A DNA stretch of 64,000 nt from Eggerthellaceae bacterium (GTDB lineage Bacteria > Actinomycetota > Coriobacteriia > Coriobacteriales > Eggerthellaceae). A program made the position numbers and the translations under genes. Numbering within the stretch: position 1 is the stretch's first letter; every line of letters starts with the position of its first letter. The notes below the pieces were generated by a model that saw nothing but the letters and a program-made list of their open reading frames with translations, made no database searches and was not told where the DNA came from. Below, piece by piece: positions 59,326-64,000 of this stretch. Where the stretch lies: contig JBJEKU010000010.1 of the NCBI GenBank assembly GCA_051878795.1, positions 13,231 to 77,230 on the forward strand. Reading direction: 5' to 3'.

Positions 59326-61971
59326 ATGAGATACATGAGCACCGCGGAAATCCGCGAGAAGTACCTTCGCTACTTCGAAGAAAAGGGCTGCAAGCGCATG
59401 CCCTCCTCGTCTTTGATTCCCGACGACCCCAGCCTGCTGCTTACCAGCGCGGGCATGGTCCAGTTCAAGCCCTACTTCCTCCAGCAGAAGCACCTGGAAT
59501 CGCCCTATATCGGTACCACGACCGTCCAGAAGTGCGTCCGCACCAACGACATCGATATCATCGGCACCGATGGCCGCCATCTGAGCTTCTTCGAGATGCT
59601 GGGCAATTTCAGCTTCGGAGAGTACTTCAAGAAGGAGATGTGCGAGTGGGCGCTCGACTTCTCCGTGAACGAGCTGGAGCTTCCCATGGACAGGCTCTAC
59701 TTCACCGTCTTCGAGGACGATGACGAGACCATCGAGATCTGGAAGTCCTTGGGAGTGGATGAAAGCCACATCACCCGTCTGGGCGAAGACGACAATTTCT
59801 GGCGCGCCGGCCCCACCGGTCCCTGCGGCCCTTGCTCAGAGCTGTACTTCGACCAGGGCGAGCGTGTGGGCTGCGGATCGCCCGATTGCGCCCCCGGTTG
59901 CGATTGCGACCGCTTCCTGGAGTACTGGAACTGCGTGTTCACCCAGTATGACGGCCAGGAAGACGGCACCTTGGCACCCCTGCCCAAGAAGAACATCGAC
60001 ACCGGCATGGGTCTGGAGCGCATCGCCGCGATCATGCAGGGCGTCCAGAGCAACTTCGATACCGATGTGCTGCATGGTCTCATCGAGGTGGGCGAGCGCT
60101 TGAGCGGCCGTAAGTACGGCGAGTGCGAGGCCGACGATATGGCCCTGCGCGTCATGGCGGACCATTCCCGTGCGGTGACCTTCATGATCGCCGACGGCAT
60201 CCTGCCTTCCAACGAAGGCCGCGGATACGTCCTGCGCCGCCTGCTCCGCCGTGCCGTGATGAAGGGCCAGCTGCTGGGCATCGAGGGCGCATTCATGCGC
60301 AACTACGTCGACCAGATCATCGAAGTGATGGGCGAGGTCTATCCCGAGGCGGTGGAAAACCGCAACCTCATCTGCAGCGTTGTGGAAAACGAAGAAGAGC
60401 GCTTTGGCGCAACCTTGTCCCAGGGCCGCGCATTCCTGGCGGAAACCCTGAGCGATCTTTCCGGCAAGGTGCTTTCCGGCAAGGTCGCCTTCACGCTGCA
60501 TGACACCTACGGATTCCCCCTGGAGGTAACCCAGGAAATCTGCGCCGAGCAGGGCATCGAGGTCGATACGCAGGAGTTCGCCGAGTGCATGCAGCAGCAG
60601 CGCGAGCGCGCACGCGCTGCGACCAAGGGCGACGCCGAAGCCGCCTGGTCCACCTACGACGGCACCATGACCGCCATCCTCGAGCAGGTCGGCGAGACCG
60701 ATTTCTGCGGATATACCAAGAACCAGGCGGACTGCAAGGTGGTCGCGCTTGTGAAGGACGGGGCACGCGTCGACAGCCTGAAGGCGGGCGAGCATGGCGG
60801 TGTCATCCTGGAGAAGACCCCCTTCTACGCTGAAAAGGGCGGCCAGGTGGGCGACACCGGCATCATCTACGCCCCGGAAATGCGTGCAGCCGTCACCGAC
60901 ACCCAGGAACCCGAAAAGGGCCTGGTCGTCCATTATGTGAATGTCGAGGAAGGGCAGATTACCGAAGGTTCCCAGGTCCGTGCCTCCATCGACTCCCTGC
61001 GTCGCGAACGTATCCGCCGCAACCACAGTGCGACCCACATCCTGCATTGGGCTCTGCGCGAAGTGCTGGGCGACCACGTCAAGCAGGCGGGCAGCCTGGT
61101 TGCGCCCGACCGCCTTCGTTTCGACTTCACCCATTTCGAGGGTGCTACCCGCGAGCAGCTTGCCGAGGTTGAGCGTTTGGCGAACCGCAAGATTATGGAA
61201 AACCATCGCGTGAATACCTACGAGACCAGCCTCGTTTCCGCACGAGAGGCGGGCGTCACCGGCCTGTTCGGCGAAAAGTACGGCGAATTCGTCCGCGTCG
61301 TCGACATGGAGGGCTTCAGCCAGGAACTGTGCGGCGGCACCCATGTTTCCGCGACCAGCGAAATCGGCCTGGTTAAGATCATCTCCGAAGGCAGCGTGGG
61401 ATCCAACCTGCGCCGTATCGAGGCGGTCACCAGCTTCGATGCCCTCGACTACCTCAACCGCGTCGAGGCCGAGCTGCTGGAGGCATCCGCAATCCTACGC
61501 GTGCCTCCCTTCGATGTCAGCGAGCGTTCTGCCGCCAACGTCAAGTCCATCAAGGAAATGACCCATCAGCTCAAGCGCGGCATGAGCACCATCGCAGACG
61601 ATGGCATCACGAAGCTCCTCGACCTCGCTGTCGAGGCCAAGGGCGCATATCCTGTCATCATTGCCCAGCATGTCAAGCCCACCGATGCAGGCTCCCTGCG
61701 CAACGCATGGGACGTTCTGCGCGGCCGTATGGCAAAACCCGGCGCAGTCGTTCTGGCTGCCGTCAGCGAAAAGGATGGCAACCCCTTGCTGCTTGCCGCA
61801 GGCACCCAGGAAGCCGTCGATGCGGGCTTCAACGCCGGAGTTGTCATCAAGGCCATCTCCGGCAATATCAAGGGCGGCGGTGGCGGAAAGCCCACCATGG
61901 CGCAGGCCGGCGGCAAGGATGCATCCGGTTTGGAAGCTGCACTGGACGCGGCACGAGAGATGCTGCTCTAA
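59326..61971 (+). CDS. alaS: Alanine--tRNA ligase
   Basis: STAEIREKYLRYFEEKG, FFEMLGNFSFGEYFK, the editing-domain HxxxH (NHSATHILH), and CGGTHV. ATG 59320, 59326 or 59335 are all possible; I prefer 59326, 7 nt after AGGAAAG. Confidence 0.97.
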   Translation: MRYMSTAEIREKYLRYFEEKGCKRMPSSSLIPDDPSLLLTSAGMVQFKPYFLQQKHLESPYIGTTTVQKCVRTNDIDIIGTDGRHLSFFEMLGNFSFGEYFKKEMCEWALDFSVNELELPMDRLYFTVFEDDDETIEIWKSLGVDESHITRLGEDDNFWRAGPTGPCGPCSELYFDQGERVGCGSPDCAPGCDCDRFLEYWNCVFTQYDGQEDGTLAPLPKKNIDTGMGLERIAAIMQGVQSNFDTDVLHGLIEVGERLSGRKYGECEADDMALRVMADHSRAVTFMIADGILPSNEGRGYVLRRLLRRAVMKGQLLGIEGAFMRNYVDQIIEVMGEVYPEAVENRNLICSVVENEEERFGATLSQGRAFLAETLSDLSGKVLSGKVAFTLHDTYGFPLEVTQEICAEQGIEVDTQEFAECMQQQRERARAATKGDAEAAWSTYDGTMTAILEQVGETDFCGYTKNQADCKVVALVKDGARVDSLKAGEHGGVILEKTPFYAEKGGQVGDTGIIYAPEMRAAVTDTQEPEKGLVVHYVNVEEGQITEGSQVRASIDSLRRERIRRNHSATHILHWALREVLGDHVKQAGSLVAPDRLRFDFTHFEGATREQLAEVERLANRKIMENHRVNTYETSLVSAREAGVTGLFGEKYGEFVRVVDMEGFSQELCGGTHVSATSEIGLVKIISEGSVGSNLRRIEAVTSFDALDYLNRVEAELLEASAILRVPPFDVSERSAANVKSIKEMTHQLKRGMSTIADDGITKLLDLAVEAKGAYPVIIAQHVKPTDAGSLRNAWDVLRGRMAKPGAVVLAAVSEKDGNPLLLAAGTQEAVDAGFNAGVVIKAISGNIKGGGGGKPTMAQAGGKDASGLEAALDAAREMLL

Positions 61972-61979
61972 GGGTCCTT

Positions 61980-62408
61980 ATGCGAGTAATGGCCCTCGAT
62001 ATCGGAAAGGTGCGCTGCGGGATCGCCATCAGCGATCCCGCGGAACGCATCGCCACTCCGATTTGCGTTCTTCCCACGTGCGAGGTCGAGCAGAATGCGC
62101 CGTCGTTTCGGCGCTTGCTCGAAGACTGGGAGCCCGAGATGATCCTTTCCGGGCTTCCCTATACCCTCGCCGGGGAAGAAGGCCCCCAAGCGGAGTCGAT
62201 CCGTGCCGTTGCGGGCACGATTGCGAAGCGCGCAGGGCTCCCACTCGAGTTCACCGATGAGCGGTTGAGCTCGTCGGAAGCCAAGCGCAGCCTCCGCGAG
62301 AAGGGTTTCAGCGAAAAGGAGATGCGCGGGAAGGTCGACATGATCGCCGCGAGCCTGTTTCTGCAGTCGTGGCTCGACTCCCGAGCGAATTCTGCCCCCT
62401 CACGATAG
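61980..62408 (+). CDS. ruvX: Holliday-junction-resolvase-like pre-16S rRNA nuclease (YqgF)
   Basis: MRVMALDIGKVRCGIAISD, GLPYTLAGEEG, DERLSSSEA, VDMIAASLFLQSWLD. It starts 9 nt after the alaS stop. Confidence 0.9.
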   Translation: MRVMALDIGKVRCGIAISDPAERIATPICVLPTCEVEQNAPSFRRLLEDWEPEMILSGLPYTLAGEEGPQAESIRAVAGTIAKRAGLPLEFTDERLSSSEAKRSLREKGFSEKEMRGKVDMIAASLFLQSWLDSRANSAPSR

Positions 62409-62416
62409 GAGCATAC

Positions 62417-63583
62417 ATGGCACGTCATGTCGAACGGGATGGACGCAGGGGATCCCATGCGGGGCATTCCCCTAAGCGCTCATCCCGTGCAGCAGGCGCA
62501 GGCCGCGGCGCCCATTTCGGGGCTGCGGCAGTCTCTTCGTCCTCGCGTCGTCCCGCTTCGGGCGGTGGAAAGGGCAAGGGCCCGCTTGTGTTCGGCGTAA
62601 TCATTGCCGTATTGGTTGTGATAGCGGCGGTGTTCTGCATCAACCGCTTCGTTTTGGATGATTCCGCATCATCCCAGCAGAAGTTGGAGAACGAAGGAGC
62701 GATGCTGACCGTCTCCATCCCAGAAGGATCTTCCACGAACGATATCGCGAACCTGCTCGAGGACAGCGGCCTTGTCGCTGATTCAAGGCAGTTCGTCAAG
62801 TACGTGAAGAAGGCGGGCTCGGAGGCGTCCTTGAAGCCCGGAACCTATCGCATCATCTGCGGTACGAGTATCGAGGAAATGGTCCAGATGTTCGAAATAG
62901 GACCCGAAGTCGCGACTGTGGGCATCCCGGAAGGCAGCACCATCGCGAAGACCGCGCAGGCGGTGGAAGAATCCTCGAATGGCCGGATCAAGGCAGAGGA
63001 CTTCCAGAAGCTCGCGAACAACGCGAAGGCCTATGAGTCCGATTATCCCTTCCTGAAGGACGCCGCGTCGGGCACTTTGGAGGGCTTCCTCTTCCCGAAA
63101 ACCTATGAGATCGCCGATTCTGCCACTGCGGACTCCATGATCCGCATGATGCTCGATCAGTACCAGCTGGAAACCGAATCCCTCGACTTCTCCTATCCCC
63201 AGAAGGCGGGACTGAGCGAATACGAGACCGTGGTCCTGGCCTCCATCATCGAGCGCGAGGCTGCTGCCGAAAACAGGGCGACGGTCGCATCGGTGTTCTA
63301 CAACCGCCTGGACGAGGGGATGAGGTTGCAAAGCGATGCTACGGTTGCCTACTTGATCGACGGAGACCCCAAACCCGAGGATCTGGAAATCGACAGCCCC
63401 TACAACACCTATCTGGTGGACGGCTTGCCTTTGGGCCCTATCTGTTCCCCCAGCCTGGAAAGCCTGAAGGCCGCCTGCGATCCGGAGAAGACCGAATACC
63501 TGTACTTCTACTTCACGGCCGACGGCAAGTACTCGTTCAGCGAAACCTATGATGAGCATCAGGATGCCATCGCCGAAGACTAA
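62417..63583 (+). CDS. mltG: Endolytic murein transglycosylase (YceG family)
   Basis: ATG 62417 after GGAG. N-terminal basic tail plus TM segment. LEGFLFPKTYE, LASIIEREA, FYNRL, LQSDATV, YNTY, GLPLGPICSP. Confidence 0.9.
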   Translation: MARHVERDGRRGSHAGHSPKRSSRAAGAGRGAHFGAAAVSSSSRRPASGGGKGKGPLVFGVIIAVLVVIAAVFCINRFVLDDSASSQQKLENEGAMLTVSIPEGSSTNDIANLLEDSGLVADSRQFVKYVKKAGSEASLKPGTYRIICGTSIEEMVQMFEIGPEVATVGIPEGSTIAKTAQAVEESSNGRIKAEDFQKLANNAKAYESDYPFLKDAASGTLEGFLFPKTYEIADSATADSMIRMMLDQYQLETESLDFSYPQKAGLSEYETVVLASIIEREAAAENRATVASVFYNRLDEGMRLQSDATVAYLIDGDPKPEDLEIDSPYNTYLVDGLPLGPICSPSLESLKAACDPEKTEYLYFYFTADGKYSFSETYDEHQDAIAED

Positions 63584-63593
63584 GGGGAAACGG

Positions 63594-64000
63594 ATGGCAT
63601 TTCTCAAACCCGATCGCTTCTTTTCGGGGATAACCAGCATCGATATCAAGGCTGACCTGCTCGATTGCGGTTTGACCTGCGCCCTGCTCGATATGGACAA
63701 CACCATCGTTTCCAGGGAAACGCATGATGTGCCCCAGGATGTGCGCGAATGGCTCGAGGCGGCCAAGCGGGCGGGGGTATCGCTTTGCCTGTTGTCCAAC
63801 AATTGGCATACCACCCCGTTCGAATGGTCGAAGAAGCTCGATATTCCCGTCGTCGCAAAGGCATGCAAGCCGCTTCCCCATGGGTACATCGCGGCACGGG
63901 ACATCATAGGCGGGCGCAGTCGCAATACGGTGGCGATCGGCGATCAGCTGGGCACCGATGTGCTGGGCGCCCACATGCTGGGCATGGCTGCGTATCTGGT
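63594..64000 (+). CDS. YqeG-family HAD-IIIA phosphatase, N-terminal part (3' end lies outside the window)
   Basis: ATG 63594 after AAGGGGA, and the frame stays open to the window end. It is absent from the ORF track because there is no stop. LLDMDNT (DxDxT), LLSNN, KACKP, IGDQLGTDVLGA. Confidence 0.75.
   Translation, partial: MAFLKPDRFFSGITSIDIKADLLDCGLTCALLDMDNTIVSRETHDVPQDVREWLEAAKRAGVSLCLLSNNWHTTPFEWSKKLDIPVVAKACKPLPHGYIAARDIIGGRSRNTVAIGDQLGTDVLGAHMLGMAAYL

Overview
This is about 64 kb of high-GC chromosome. Gene content and Firmicute-like synteny suggest Actinomycetota, probably Coriobacteriia, but I could not verify that. Most of the window is tightly packed housekeeping genes with clear family signatures: a Trk-linked KdpD/KdpE-like two-component system, an Mrp/NBP35 ATPase, an EF-G paralogue, glmS-acpS-nnrD-ligA-tlyA, metG-tatD-flavodoxin-rsmA-veg, tRNA-Ala(CGC), galU, rarA, alaS-ruvX-mltG, rsmI and mtaD. 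One region stands out. An AT-rich island at about 25.77-31.05 kb, judged by eye, carries a Sau3AI-type restriction enzyme, a C5 cytosine methyltransferase, a divergent AAA+/DUF4143 ATPase and a very acidic 201-aa orphan. The ATPase is fronted by three 19-bp palindromes spaced exactly 32 bp apart. Only the R-M pair in this island is explained by known biology, so it is my best candidate for an undescribed defence or regulatory module. A second candidate is the MoxR-like AAA / vWA-DUF2201 operon (15.4-18.5 kb). It sits between a secreted nuclease and a divergently transcribed cytoplasmic BspA-type LRR protein. Other items worth a second look: a 1528-aa double-activase/dehydratase fusion, a non-RD Ser/Thr kinase with a non-PASTA ectodomain, an SPFH protein with triplicated zinc ribbons, and a 513-bp structured intergenic region upstream of a divergent homocysteine-methyltransferase-like gene. 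I saw no CRISPR array, rRNA gene, transposase or integrase. Many long ORFs in the track are antisense shadow ORFs typical of high-GC DNA and were rejected. The track also uses TTG/GTG starts, so I re-examined start codons by hand and several remain uncertain.
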